The notes: generated by a model not told the origin, from the sequence alone. DNA of 63,235 bases, filler included, from Octopus bimaculoides (GCF_001194135.2; 10 parts of 9 records of this genome joined end to end with filler, not necessarily neighbours in it); one strand, 5' to 3'. Shown: positions 36,070 to 48,915, numbered from the whole stretch's first letter. Made by a program: numbers and translations.

Positions 36070-36600
36070 TGGGGAAGCACCAGAAAGAGCCTTGATTATT
36101 CGACACTGGTACAAAAACTGACCGTGTTTCGGAGCTATCTTCTTGACATTTACAAGCAAGTTCTCAATGGAGTTATGAAGATACGAAGTTAGTGGGCATT
36201 GGCAAAAGCAAATTTGATTTCCAAATTCAATGCCACTTAAACTCAGGACCAATTGCTTGCAAAAATCTCATGTATAAAATGTTTACAGAGCGCCTGCATA
36301 TATTTCTTCATAATCAATGTGGTAGTAATCATATTAATACAATTAGGAAGGAAGGCGTTTGGAGATGTGCTGAATAAGTTTTGATTCACAAAACTGTGAT
36401 GTCGGAGGTGTAGGGAATTGGAAAAAATTGGTCAACGCCAGGATGGTTTACAGAAAAGCGAACGATTTTATTCCCGACTTGTGAATGCGAGAGTCTGTTC
36501 GTCTTTCTAAAGTTTCAGATACCATTATCAAAGCATAGGCAGCCTAATTTCCTCCACGAACGCCTTTCAGGAGATGAGTACAAGAAGTGGTTCTATCCGA
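36070..36600 (+). mobile_element. Decayed RT fragment of an RLE-group (NeSL/R4-like) LINE
   Basis: Across frameshifts: GEAPERALIIRHWYK (KAPG motif), GPIACKNLMYKMFTERLHIFLHNQC...KEGVWRCAE*VLIHKTVMSEV, then VYRKANDFIP...ESVRLSKVSDTII (DYRKAFDSVPH motif). Confidence 0.62.
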
Positions 36601-37738
36601 AATAACACACCCATCTTCCTCATCTCCACCTGAAAAAAAGCAAAAAAAATCTAAAAAAAAAAAAAAATCACGAAAATGTTAAAGATGGAATGGGTTTTAT
36701 CAAAGACTTACCCAGCTATGGCTGATTTATAGTTAAGCAACATCAACAACTAAAACTGGAAATAGCATCTTTCTTTCAGGATACCAATGCATAAAAGGAC
36801 AACGAGTTGGTAATCTTTAATTGCTTCTACATCCTTTATTGTAAGTTATAACAGAAGCTACATGTGATCTGGTTTTAGCGGAATGTTAATCATAGTTTAG
36901 CATTACGGATGAGCGCAGCTGAAAAATACTGTTGAGATAAACACGCTGCCTGTAGTTTCTCGGCTTTCTGAAGGTTAAATTTAATTTGGGAACTATTTTA
37001 AGCAAAATATCTTTTTTTTGTTTTGTTTCCGAGTAATACCAAATTGATATGTGTTATCTTTTACAAGAATAAACACTGAACAAAAATAAAACATTACTCC
37101 AGTTGCGATTTCTGCCAACATATTTATTATAGTTTTGTTGTTTATATTATACAATACTTTGTCATTGTGTGAGTATCCTTCATTGGGTTTCTAATTATAG
37201 CCAGGTTCAGAGCCGGCGCTAAGAAGTGCGGGACCCAATTAGAGAGTTGTCAGTGGGGCCCTCTACTCTACAAAAGCTGGTCATTGATGTTTTATGCTTC
37301 GTGTGTTACGCTAGTGCCAGCCAAAAAACGCGGAGTGCTTGACCCCCTACAATTGACCATAATGATGTACTAAAAATTTGTCATAGCGTCCTCCACTCTC
37401 GAGTGGAGGACGCTGTGTGTGCACGGTGCCCAGTTTGAACAAATCTGTTAAATTGGTTTAAAACCAGCTCTGGCTAGAGCAATACTTATTTAAGGTTTTC
37501 TAATTTATGAAGGCTTTGTTGCATATGAATAAAAGGGGTAGATTTCGATGTTGGATATTTTTGTTGTTTAAACAATCAAGCAACCCATTTGTTGTAGTGT
37601 AAACCAAGTGATTGAATGTTTCACATACACACAGGACATAAGTGTCACCAGTTCAGTTTCCACTCTTTACTTATTTATTTTTTCTAAAATTTTCGTTGCG
37701 TCTTGCAACCTTTTCAAACCAAATGCCAAAACGAAATG

Positions 37739-37779
<41 letters not shown>

Positions 37780-37879
37780 NNNNNNNNNNNNNNNNNNNNN
37801 NNNNNNNNNNNNNNNNNNNNNNNTTAATTAATTAANNNNNNNNNNNNNNNNNNNNNNNNNNNNNNNNNNNNNNNNNNNN

Positions 37880-37970
37880 ATAAATTAAGTACTAGTTGCG
37901 TACTGGAGTCGATCTAATCGACGGTCCCCTCACCCAAAATTTTGGGTCTTGTGTCTACAGGGGAAAAGAA
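37880..37970 (+). mobile_element. SINE family A 3' part (5' end in gap)
   Basis: taaattaagtactagttgcgtactggagtcgatctaatcgac...caaaattttgggtcttgtgtcta. Confidence 0.7.
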
Positions 37971-38425
37971 TGACTCATCCATTGTATTTGCATACAAAGT
38001 AGCTAAAGTTCTCAGGGACACATATGTCTTTATACGTATATATGTATCTGTGATGTACTCAACCATTTAGCACCATTGATGTATTTTGCATGACTGGATC
38101 TTTGAATTACAATCTCGTGAGATTCAACATTATTTCGGATGATTCGGTTTCGGTCACGTGACAGGTGTGAAGATCAGGCTACAGTTCAGTCAGAAGCATA
38201 TACAAAAAGCACCAGACATAGAGATCGAACGCGAGATTTCACGGTTGTGAAACGAACTTTTTAACCACGCAACCACCACTATATCAGTAATTCAAATATA
38301 TTTATATAAATATATATGCATATGTCATGTATATAATAATGGACATGAATAAATATAAATACAAACATACATGCATCCATACATTCCTACATACAGAGAC
38401 TGAATTATTTGCATGTCTATGCAAG

Positions 38426-38456
<31 letters not shown>

Positions 38457-39298
38457 GCATAAACGCACATGCATACACGCATATATACACGCATGCATAT
38501 GTGTGCACGTGTATGTATGATATATGTATGTGTCTATATATAATGTATTTATATATGCGAGTGTGTATATATGCCTCTGTATAAATACATATACATATAG
38601 ATGAAATACATATATATATCAATACATACGCACAGATACACACATACGTACGCGCATACATACATAAGTAGACATACATTCATTCATATGTGCATACATA
38701 CGTACATATATGCACATATACACTCATACATGTATATGCATATATAGATACATTCAGGCATACATACACATATACACAGATACTCACATACATGTATATG
38801 CATACATACACACATACATCCATACATACGTGCATATATACACATACATACATAGACACTTACACACNNNNNNNNNNTCCATACATACGTGCATATATAC
38901 ACATACATACATAGACACTTACACACATACACACACACTTACATTGATACAGACATATACAGACGTACATACACACAAGTACTTACACACATTTACATAC
39001 ATACATACATGTATGAGCTCGGCTAATGTCCACACAACTTCAAATGCATCTCGAGATTAATTGTAAATGCTCTCCGCCATTAATATCTTCCATTTACGCA
39101 GAACATTACGAAAACAAATGAAGATACATTTTGTTATCCCGCTTCCCGCACCACACCTCGTCACCACACCACAACCACCACCACCACCACCACCACCANN
39201 NNNNNNNNNNNNNNNNNNNNNNNNNNNNNNNNNNNNNNNNNNTTAATTAATTAANNNNNNNNNNNNNNNNNNNNNNNNNNNNNNNNNNNNNNNNNNNN

Positions 39299-39537
39299 CT
39301 TCGAACATTGGGCCTCACCAAGGCGATGACTACTGACCGAGACCTTTGGAAATGTGCTGTGTGTGAGAAGACCCGGCAAGCCAAGTGAGATCGTTGCCAG
39401 TGCCCCTGGACTGGCTCTTGTGCGGGTGGCACATAAGATGCACCATTTTGAGCGTGGCCGTTGCCAGTACCGCCTGACTGGCCTTCATAGGATTTTCGAG
39501 CGAGATCGTTGCCAGTGCCCCTGGACTGACTCTTGTG
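39299..39537 (+). mobile_element. RTE LINE ORF end plus 3' UTR with tandem sub-repeats
   Basis: RTLGLTKAMTTDRDLWKCAVCEKTRQAK* parallels the end of the 55117 element; gagatcgttgccagtgcccctggact is repeated. Confidence 0.8.
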
Positions 39538-39615
39538 CCCAAGGTGCCATACAGTGGGACTGAACTCAGAACTTTGTGGTTGGAAAGCAAGCTTCTTACC
39601 ACACAGCCATGCCTA
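39538..39615 (-). mobile_element. SINE family B head
   Basis: ccaaggtgccatacagtgggactgaactc...gcaagcttcttaccacacagccatgcc. Confidence 0.78.
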
Positions 39616-41506
39616 TATATATATCGTTGCTCTTATGTTAAACTGTTGTATGTCCAAATTTGGCTAAATGTGTTTCTTTCAATATTTATTTCTGCTTGTA
39701 ATAGCCAGTTCTTTTGGTCAAACTATCCTATCTGCAGCTGCTTCAGATGCCAAAATATCACAAATTGTCAAAGTGCAGTTCAACCGTTTTGCTATGAAAT
39801 GGTGAAAAAGCAACATTTTGGACTTACAACACTTTTACATAATAGCAACAACATATATTCACTCTTTGGTTTTTTGAAATGGTGGTGGGTAATATAAGGG
39901 TGATTTGGCTGCTATTTACTATAGGTTGAACAATAGTATAGATGCTCTGTCATTAACTTGGGAATGATGAATCTAGTATTTGTGGTGTTTTTCTATGAAC
40001 AAAACATGGGACAAATGGCTAGGTTCTGCAAAAGTTATTAGTTGACACTTCAGATCAATAAGAAACTTTATCAGTTTTCTATAGAGATTCTGTCTGCAGA
40101 AATATGATACAATATTTAGATCAGTTGTGTTAAAGGTCAATTGGAGTTAATAATTCAAACAGCCATGGAAAATATTCTGAATGTATGATTCTTACATACA
40201 AAGAAGAAAGAAAAATAATAAAAAAGACTTAATGATATTTGCAGCAGACAATATTTCATTTTAAATAACACCAGGACATGAAAATCAATAACTACTAAAA
40301 GTGTTTAAAAAAATTTTTTAAACAGAGTTAGAGAGAAAGAAAGAGGTTTGAATGAAGACCAGAATCTTAAACAATAAAAATGCATTTAACTTTTAGTTTT
40401 ATTGTCAATAACTTCAAACTGAATAACAGTATTTTCTCAAGTAAACTTTACTACAAAGAAAAAAAGAAACTGCTTTGAAGTACATCAGTATTGAGATTGT
40501 GACCACATCTATGATGAATAAATGTTTGAAGCTAAAATTTCATTCAATCAGTCATCATCATCATCATGTTCATTTTTTTATGCTTGTTTACATGGATTGG
40601 GTGTTTCCTCTCCAATTTAAATTTGCCGTCTCCTTTGTGTGGTTCAACATCCAAAGATCAGCTTTTAACATTTCTGTCCAATGTTTTCCTTAGTCTTCTC
40701 TCTTCCACTGGATCTTCGGACACTTCTTTACCATGCATACACATTTCATATCTGTACCAAACACAATCATTCTCCTCTCTTGCACACGACATTTGGTTCC
40801 CCTTATTCCTAGTTTTTTTCCTCTGAATTCATTTCTACCTCATCACTTATGCATGCTACAGTTACGCACCCAGTGGCACATGGTTGCCTCATTTCTTTCC
40901 AATCAGTTTCCATTTCTTACTACCATGAAACATTGCATTTCATTCTAAACTACATTCACCTCTTTGCTCAAAAGAGAATCTATTTGTCGTTCCATCTTAT
41001 CTTGGCTATTATGGTCCCTCCTCTCCAGAGTTGATGAGGGGCGAGTTTTATGACAAACCATTTCAGCTGCTTTATAAAGCAACTGGCAATAAGTTATCAA
41101 CATAGTGGATTGCTTATTTTGCATATTTGCTTTGGAATATTCCCTCTTTTTTCCTTTTGTTTTTTTCGCACAGTGAAAGCATAGAAGGAACGTATTTGCC
41201 TTCCTTTATAGTTTATTATCGCAGTTAAGGCCTTTCTAATTTTCATGCTTGAGCAAGTGTCATCTACTGTAACCCTGGGCCAACCAAAGCCTTGCAAGTG
41301 GATTTGGTAGGTGGAAACTGAAAGAAGCTCATCATTTTATATGTGTGTTTGTCACCCATCACTACTTGACAACCTGACCTGTGTTGGTTTGTTTATGTCT
41401 CCCATAACAGTTCAGCACAAGAGACTAACAGAATACAGTTCTACATTTAAGAGATGACGAATTATGTACATTATTGACAGACATTTGTCCTCATCTTGTT
41501 TGTTGT

Positions 41507-41552
41507 TAACACATTTCAGCTGATATACCCTTCAGCCCTCATCAGGTGTCTT
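41507..41552 (-). ncRNA. Degenerate hammerhead ribozyme motif (3' PLE terminal repeat)
   Basis: gacac-CTGATGA-g-ggctg/aagggtatat/cagct-GAAA-tgtgtt; the helix III and cleavage-triplet bases are deleted. Confidence 0.4.
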
Positions 41553-41638
41553 GGGGAAATTTCAAACCTGGGTTCTCATTCCTAAGGTATTTTTCGATGT
41601 TGCTGTTGTTGTTATTATTATGCTTATTATTATTATTC

Positions 41639-41712
41639 AGGTCACTGCCTGGAATCGAACTTGGAATCTTGGGGTTAGTAGCCCACGCTCTTAACCACTA
41701 CGCCTTATACCC
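41639..41712 (-). other. tRNA-like Pol III module inside the PLE 3' region (not a functional tRNA)
   Basis: ggcgtagtggttaagagcg (A box), ggg-ctactaa-ccc anticodon-like arm, aagttcgattcc (B box); no acceptor stem. Confidence 0.6.
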
Positions 41713-42073
41713 GTGGGCAATTATGGAGTGAAAATCTAATATTGTAGATCTAATATTTTCCTATCCTTCCTTAATACCGGTTCCCACATGCTCTTCATAT
41801 CTGCACTTGGTCTGCTTAGGAGGTTGTTGTGTCCTAGCATATGTGCTGCTTCTTTTAGTTTTCGTATTTTCCAGTGGTGTTCTCTGTCTATTATTTTAAC
41901 TTCATCCCACAGAGGGAGGTGGTCTCCATTTTTCCATACATGATCAGCTATACTCGATTTATCAATATCTCCTCGTGTCACAGCTTTGCAATGTTCCTCT
42001 TCCCTTATTTTTGAGAACAACAACAACATTGAAAAATACCTTAGAAATGAGAACCCAGGTTCGAAATTTCCCC

Positions 42074-42121
42074 AAGACACCTGATGAAGGCTGGAGGGTA
42101 TATCAGCCGAAACATTGTGTT
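42074..42121 (+). ncRNA. Type I minimal hammerhead ribozyme motif (inverted PLE terminal repeat)
   Basis: Stem I gacac/gtgtt; core CTGATGA at 42081-42087 plus an extra A; stem II ggctg/cagcc with a 10-nt loop; GAAA at 42109-42112. Helix III reads acatt instead of the palindromic acgtt. Confidence 0.65.
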
Positions 42122-45100
42122 AACAACAAACAAGATGAGGACAAATGTCTGTCAATTGTAAATAATGTAAATAATGTAAATATTGTAAATATTGTAAATA
42201 ATGTACTAATAGAATAAGTACCAAACTTTAAAAAAAAACAATTAAAAACCGAGTTCGATTCATTCAGCAAAAACTCTTCGAGACAGTGCCCCAGCACTTC
42301 ACTTGCGAAGCAGTGTTGCTTGCTTGTAGTCCAGTTTGAAAGTATGTCTGAGCTGTTTTTTATCTGACAGACAGGGAAACTATTTCCTTGCTTGGAAACA
42401 GGTGAGGGTTGGCATCAGGAAGAGCATCTAAACCATTGAAAATTTTATTTAATCTGAGTAAGCCTGGAAAAGTAGATGTTGAAATGATGATGACAATGAT
42501 TATGATGATGACGACGATGATGATGATAACAACGACGATGACAATGACAATAACAAAGATGATGATGACAATGATGATGGTGGTGGTGGTGGTTGTGATG
42601 ATGATGATGACAACGATGATGATTGCTATAAAGATGCATGGAAAACATGAGCTTTTCTACAAATACTGCATTTGCTGGAGTCATTTGTGATAATTTATTT
42701 TAATGAAAGTCCATCTCCAATTAATGCGAGAAAGTTAAAATTGCTTTTTATGAAGTAGTATTGTATCCCATCTCTGAAGTATCATCAAGTTGCTGTCTCT
42801 AATTAGTTCAAATTAAAGTGTGAAAGTTCATTAGTAAAAGTTGGCAAGTGTTCTTTACATTTGCATTGAAGTCATTTGCAATGGATGCAAGAATATTCTG
42901 TGCAAATTTTACTTCATTTCCTGACATTGGTGCAAAGTCCTGGTTGCTACTGTTAGCTCTCCACTCCATATTTTCATTGTGGATATTGCTGTTTCTGGGC
43001 AAAGACTGTTATTTTGTTGCACAGTAAAAATGGTTGTAATAAAATGAACAGCAATACTATAAATAACAATGTATCGGTCAGAAAGAGGATTTGTCTTGAT
43101 TTGAGATAATTCAGAATATTTATCTTAATCTAAGGCAGTGATTCTCAACAATTTTTTGCCTTATGGATCCCTATTTTACTTGGATGGATCCCCAAAGCCA
43201 TTCAATGTCTAAAAAATTCGATTGTATTTTTATAATTGAATATTTTTAGGAGTTGTATAAAAAAAAAATAAACTGTTAAAATATTTTGTGTATTATAAGG
43301 TAAAACCAATTTATTGCTGATAAACACCAAAATCTTATGTGAACCCTCAAGGGCCATATGGAGCAGCCCTGTTTGGAAGCACTAAAGAAAACAAGATAAA
43401 GGAACAATCATCTTAAATATATCAGGGTTGTATTTGACCCCTTGATTTTAATATCTCGATATAATAAATAAAGCAGTTTTTATGTGTTCTTAAATGGTTA
43501 AAATGGTTCTTCCATGATGTAATTATTCCTTTTTACTATTCCCGTTATTAATTTTTCTTAATCATTCTCATATTGCCTGCTAAACTGAATGATAGATCTC
43601 TAGCAGTTCACTGTGCAAAGACACGAGTATCTCACTGAGTCAGTCATACTAATTGTGAATAGAAACCATGAGAATGTACAGATGAAAGAATTAGTAGACA
43701 GTTTATTAGTTTAGCATTGAACCAGCAGTCCATATACCACAAACCCAATGATGGGTAACCCAACATGAGAGCCTTTGTGCAGTCACACTGCCTGCTAAAG
43801 CAACAGTGAAGTCCTACAGCACACCCTTCAAGAAGAAAAATCACATTAAACAAGGTAGATGTAAATATACAAAATTGATGGAATGGTCATAACTGGAATG
43901 TCTGTTCAGTTAGAACTAACATAGGTTAAACAATAACAACTTTAAGCCAGTATTCATTTAAAGATGTTACTGTGGAACTTATTATATTTGTGACCTTATT
44001 ATTGCCAATATTCTAAATATCCCATCAATTTATATTGAAATTACTATTGTTTCTTCAGTGGCTTGTCAAAGATGAGTTTCATTAAATCAATGCAAGTAGA
44101 AAATTTCATAGAGTATGGAAACCTTTCAACCTAGTTCTTCACCAGGTCTCTGATGTACATGACAGAAACAGGTGAATGAAAAAAACACTTGCTATTTTGA
44201 CAGGCATTGAGACTAAGCTAGAACCACTGAAATCACATCAAGGGATTTCATGATTTTCTCTCTTGTCAAAGCTTCTTTAACAGCAACAACAGGATTAGAA
44301 ACTTTGATGTAATCCAAATAGATAGCTTTCATCCTTGTTGGAAAATAGCTCCTCCGTCCATTTTGGAAATGACCTCGTATAAAGAAAATCTAGAAATCAA
44401 ACCATTTACTCCAACAGTGCTTAGTTCAGAAGTATTCAGACCATATTAATATTTTAAAATGAATATCAGAAACATTGTTAATTATAATAGCATTCTGTAT
44501 ATCTTACTTAATGTGTATTGTAGAAAGCTACACAACTGTGGCATTGATCTTGAAGAAGTGTCTTGTTTAGATGTATAATGCTAAAACTACAGAAGAATAT
44601 CAGTAGCAGACGAAAGCCACCCACTGATTAGAATCTAATCAAGAAGTAATCAAATAATTAAATAAATTCCTAATTTTAGATTCTAATAAATAGTCGTGAG
44701 ACTAATGAAGCCTTACTGTTACTGTTCACAAAATATAAAATTGGTAAAATGTACGACCGGTAACTAAATAATCATTTTGGTGTCAAAATGGTGCTTTTGT
44801 GTATGTATGTATTTCTTGTGTATTCGCATGTATGTGTGCTTAAACATGTGTATATATGTATATTCATGTATGTGTATTTGACATGTGTGCATTTGTGTAT
44901 TTATGTGTATGTGTTTGCCTAGTTTCTGTGACATTAAACAACCGAGAGTGTATGACTCTTCTATGAATCCATTGCAAGGATAACCTCAGCTGCTACAACT
45001 CACTTTCAGCCTTTTGTGCTGTGGAAATCTGAAATGAAGTGCCTTTCTTGGGATACAACATCTCACCAGGTCTAGGAATTGAACTCATATTACAATCATG

Positions 45101-45289
45101 AATCTAACAGCCTTGCTACTAGACTATGTGCCTTCTTAATTCACTACTTTACACTGGTAAAGCCTTCCAGCTTACCAGCCCTGATCAAACCATCCAACCC
45201 ATACCAGCATGGACAATGGACACTAAATGATGATGATGAGAGCATAAATCTAGACACAACAGAATCGGCCAGTATCTACACTGATTAAT

Positions 45290-45982
45290 ATGTCAACATT
45301 ATAAAATCGAAACTGCTGACAAATGGTACCAGCACCAGCCTGAGGCTGTTAGAGAGGGAGAAAATGTAACGATTCTTTGGGACTTCCCAGTGTGTACAGA
45401 CCGGACCATCAAAGCAAATAACACCAGATATTGTTGTGAAAGACCAAATCAATAAAGTCTGTTTATTGATTGACATGAGCATACCTTGTGATTATAAGAT
45501 CATGGCAAAAGAATTTGATAAGCTCAGAAAATATAAAGTTTTGCTGATCGAAATCGAAAAGAAGTGGCATCTCAAGATGGTTTCAATACCAGTGGTTGCG
45601 GGAGAACTTGAAATGATCAAAACAGGAACTGACAATTATTTAAGAATAATCCCTGGATTACCATCCATGCAGAAAGTGCAAAAGATTGTCTTAACTGGTA
45701 ACTGGTCACACATATTGAGAAGAGAACATTGTCGCTGGGAATTTTCTTTCCATTTTTGCCCTTTTATTTTCTTTGTTTACTTTGTTTACATTTTCCTTTT
45801 TCTCTCTGTCTTTCCTCCCCTTTTTCTCTATCACATGACTTTGTAAATGAACAATCTGGTGTGTTTAATTTATAGGCCTACCAATGTATACAATGCATTT
45901 CTCTGCCCTAGGTGTCAGGAAGATACTCAACAAGAAATGGAAACACAATTAAAAGAAGATGATAATAATAATAATAATAATC
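45290..45982 (+). mobile_element. R4/Dong-like RLE LINE 3' fragment ending in (TAA)n
   Basis: KWYQHQPEAVREGENVTILWDFPVCTDRTIKAN, then after a frameshift TPDIVVKDQINKVCLLIDMSIPCD...KLRKYKVLLIEIEKKWHLKMVSIPVVAG...VQKIVLTG; tail at 45962-45982. Confidence 0.92.
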
Positions 45983-46195
45983 CTTTCTACTAAAGGCACA
46001 AGGTCTGAAATTTTGGGGAAACGGGTTAGTCGATTAAATTGACCTCAGTGCCTCACTGGCACTTATTTTATCAACCCTGAAAGGATGAAAAGCAAAGTCG
46101 ACTGCAGTGGAATTTGAACTCAGACTGTAAAGACAGATGAAATGCCACAAACATTTTGCCAAGCACGCTAACACTTCTGCCAGCTCACTGCCCTA
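45983..46195 (-). mobile_element. SINE family A, tail-to-tail with the Dong-like element
   Basis: cctttctactaaaggcacaagg...aaggatgaaaagcaaagtcgac...gaatttgaactcag...ctgccagctcactgcc. Confidence 0.87.
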
Positions 46196-46280
46196 GTAAT
46201 ATGCTAAATATTATGAGGGCATAAATTCTACCAGGATTAAAAACTAAACTGAGTTAAATCATCAATAATAATAATAATAA

Positions 46281-46560
46281 CTAGCAGGACCCATGGAAAT
46301 TTCACTGTGCAACCTTATGTTGAAAACCTTCTGTTGAAGACCTTATGTTGAAGACCTGATGTTGAAAACCTTTTGTTGAAAACCTGATGTTATTACATTA
46401 AACACAAATGAGGAATTTCAAAAGTTCTTTTGAAATCCTGCCATTTTATCAAAACTGTACTTTCAAATATAATTGAAATGAACACAGAAAGTATTGCTTA
46501 ATTTCCTTCTTTTAATATATGTTTGACAGATATGATGTGCTTTATAGTTTCAGGAACTAA
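46281..46560 (-). mobile_element. Possible Helitron 3' fragment with 14-bp tandem repeat
   Basis: The minus strand ends gggtcctgCTAG|tt. Six approximate copies of ccttatgttgaaaa lie at 46313-46392. Confidence 0.3.
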
Positions 46561-46584
46561 AGATGAATTAAACTGATAAAACTT

Positions 46585-46901
46585 ATTCATCATCATCATC
46601 ATCGTTTAACGTCCGCTTTCCATGCTAGCATGGGTTGGACGATTTGACTGAGGACTGGTGAAACCGGATGGCAACACCAGGCTCCAGTCTGATTTGGCAG
46701 AGTTTCTACAGATGGATGCCCTTCCTAACGCCAACCACTCAGAGAGTGTAGTGGGTGCTTTTACGTGTCACCCGCACGAAAACGGCCACGCTCGAAATGG
46801 TGTCTTTTATGTGCCACCCGCACAAGCCAGTCCAGGGGCACTGGCAACGATCTCGCTCGAAAATCCTACAGGAGCCAGTCAGGCGGTACTGGCAACGGCC
46901 A
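46585..46901 (-). mobile_element. RTE 3' UTR with (GAT)n tail
   Basis: Reverse complement of 50782-51043: catcatcatcgtttaacgtccgctttccatgctagcatgggttggacg...cccttcctaacgccaaccactc. Confidence 0.87.
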
Positions 46902-47898
46902 NNNNNNNNNNNNNNNNNNNNNNNNNNNNNNNNNNNNNNNNNNNNTTAATTAATTAANNNNNNNNNNNNNNNNNNNNNNNNNNNNNNNNNNNNNNNNNNN
47001 NTAGGGAGAGTGAAGACCACCCTCGGTCACGAATGATCAAGAACAGCACGTAAGCGAGACTTCTTAGGGAACATTCCGGTGGTGTACCACAGTTGTTTGT
47101 GGAACACCAGCAGTCCTTCGGACTTACACATCTCAACTTTACATCAGAGCAAACTTAAGCAAAGGCTAATAAATTGTCTTGCTCAAGAACACTACACACA
47201 TGCCATTGTAAGAATGGAACTGAGAAGCCCGACTCTTTAACTACTGAGCCATACCTCTTCATGCAGATATCTCTCTCACTCTCTCTCTCTCTCTGTACAC
47301 ACACACACACACACACACGCACACACACACACACACACACACATACACACACACACAGACACATTAATCAGTCCGATTTTTACGTGTGCTTATGAATAGA
47401 AGAATAATTTTATCTTTCGCTAAGAACATTTCCTATTACTTCATAATTAAATAAATTAAATTTTGTAAACGGATGAAAAAAAAATCAGTTTTTATGTATG
47501 ATCATCCTTATTTTTTACTTAATGAACCAGAATTTAAGTTATAATATTTCAGTGTAATCTTCCCAGTTTTATAATTCATTCACACCTATTTAAGGCTTGT
47601 TTAAAATACTCAATATTATATAAAACGAATTAAGAAGATTGACGTATATCTCGTATTTTATATCATAAATATCAATACTATTTTAAATTTCATTACGCTT
47701 TTCTTCCACGTATATTATGATAATCACATAAATTAATTCAAAGTAGCACCATACAATTCTCATGATACTTATACACCGGATAACAAGAAAGTTGTACAAT
47801 CTCATACAAACACGTCATCACATATAAATTTATATCAATAAATATGTGTTCATGTATGCATTCATTCATTCACTTATGTGTGTGTACGTGCGTAATAT

Positions 47899-47956
<58 letters not shown>

Positions 47957-48759
47957 TGCATTAGGAAGAAATAGTCAATAATCAGCAAACACTGAGATTG
48001 GGATTCCACGTTTTATAGGACATACAGTTGCTTAATAAAATGCCAAAATAATTAAATAGTATGTCAGAGACTTTATGCAATTATGCATCCTCGTCATCCA
48101 TGTTTCCCCGGAAATAAAATAATCCATCGTGAAACTTACAAATGGTACACATAAACATGCATACCACAGAAACACAGAAACACAGCCATATGTACACACA
48201 CACACACACTCACTGATGTTGATACACACACAGGCACAAACACAGACACAAATACATACAGGCACACACAGACATGTACCGCACACCCCCCACACAATAA
48301 CATTAAAAATAATATTAGAGAATAAAACTTTTTTCTCAATTTGTTAGTGGCCAGCATATAAAATGAAACCAATTAAGGTGAGTATTTCATGTATAACTCG
48401 AAGTGTTTAGAAAAAATTTCTAACTTATAATGCTGAGAAATATACGCTAAATCGTAGTGAGACGATTTAGCGTCTATTTCTCAGCTTACAGGCTAAACAA
48501 ATTCTCTAAGCTCTTATTATAATTATACATATCATTACATTTATATGTCCATGCCATCATCAATTTTAATGTATGAGAGCATTTATTAACATTTATTAGT
48601 AGACGAGCATTGTAAAACAAAGCGCTAGGTATATGCCCATATTCAGTTTGCATATATATNNNNNNNNNNNNNNNNNNNNNNNNNNNNNNNNNNNNNNNNN
48701 NNNTTAATTAATTAANNNNNNNNNNNNNNNNNNNNNNNNNNNNNNNNNNNNNNNNNNNN

Positions 48760-48915
48760 GGGCTTCTTTCAGTTTCCGTCTACCATATCCACTCACAAGG
48801 CTTTGGTTGTTCCAAGGCTATAGTAGAAGACACCTGCCCAAGGTCCCATGCAGTGGGACTGAATCTGGACCCACGTGGTTGGGGAGCCAGCTTCTTACCA
48901 CACAGCAACACCTGG
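48760..48915 (-). mobile_element. SINE family B 5' half
   Basis: ggcttctttcagtttccgtctacc...gcccaaggtcccatgcagtgggactgaa...cttcttaccacacagc. Confidence 0.82.

Larger units (their letters stand above)
41436..42204 (-). mobile_element. 5'-truncated Penelope-like element with inverted terminal repeat and TSD
   Basis: GIY-YIG C-terminus IREEEHCKAVTRGDIDKSSIADHVWKNGDHLPLWDEVKIIDREHHWKIRKLKEAAH...* (stop at 41736). 41461-41612 and 42016-42204 are inverted copies. TSD-like actaa(c/t)agaata at 41424-41435 and 42205-42216. Confidence 0.9.
41243..42300 (+). mobile_element. SINE family B interrupted by a PLE insertion
   Basis: B sequence at 41243-41435 resumes at 42205 (…agaataagtacc…gagttcgattcattc…gtgccccagca). 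Confidence 0.7.

Noticed and set aside
37208-37472. Possible hAT-like MITE (cagagccggc...accagctctg)
   Set aside because: Only a short imperfect inverted match and no TSD.
38819-38926. 49-bp direct duplication around a 10-N gap
   Set aside because: Typical unmerged contig overlap rather than a biological repeat.
39665-39810. Signal-peptide-like reading MCFFQYLFLLVIASSFGQ...
   Set aside because: Stops after about 45 codons with no splice donor support; hydrophobic runs are expected in T-rich DNA.
42808-43002. 64-aa minus-strand ORF
   Set aside because: No recognisable motif or convincing splice sites; the length is reachable by chance.
44200-44420. RT-like words on the minus strand (GHFQNGRRS, KAIYLDYIK)
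   Set aside because: Similarity too weak and short to call; at most very old LINE debris.
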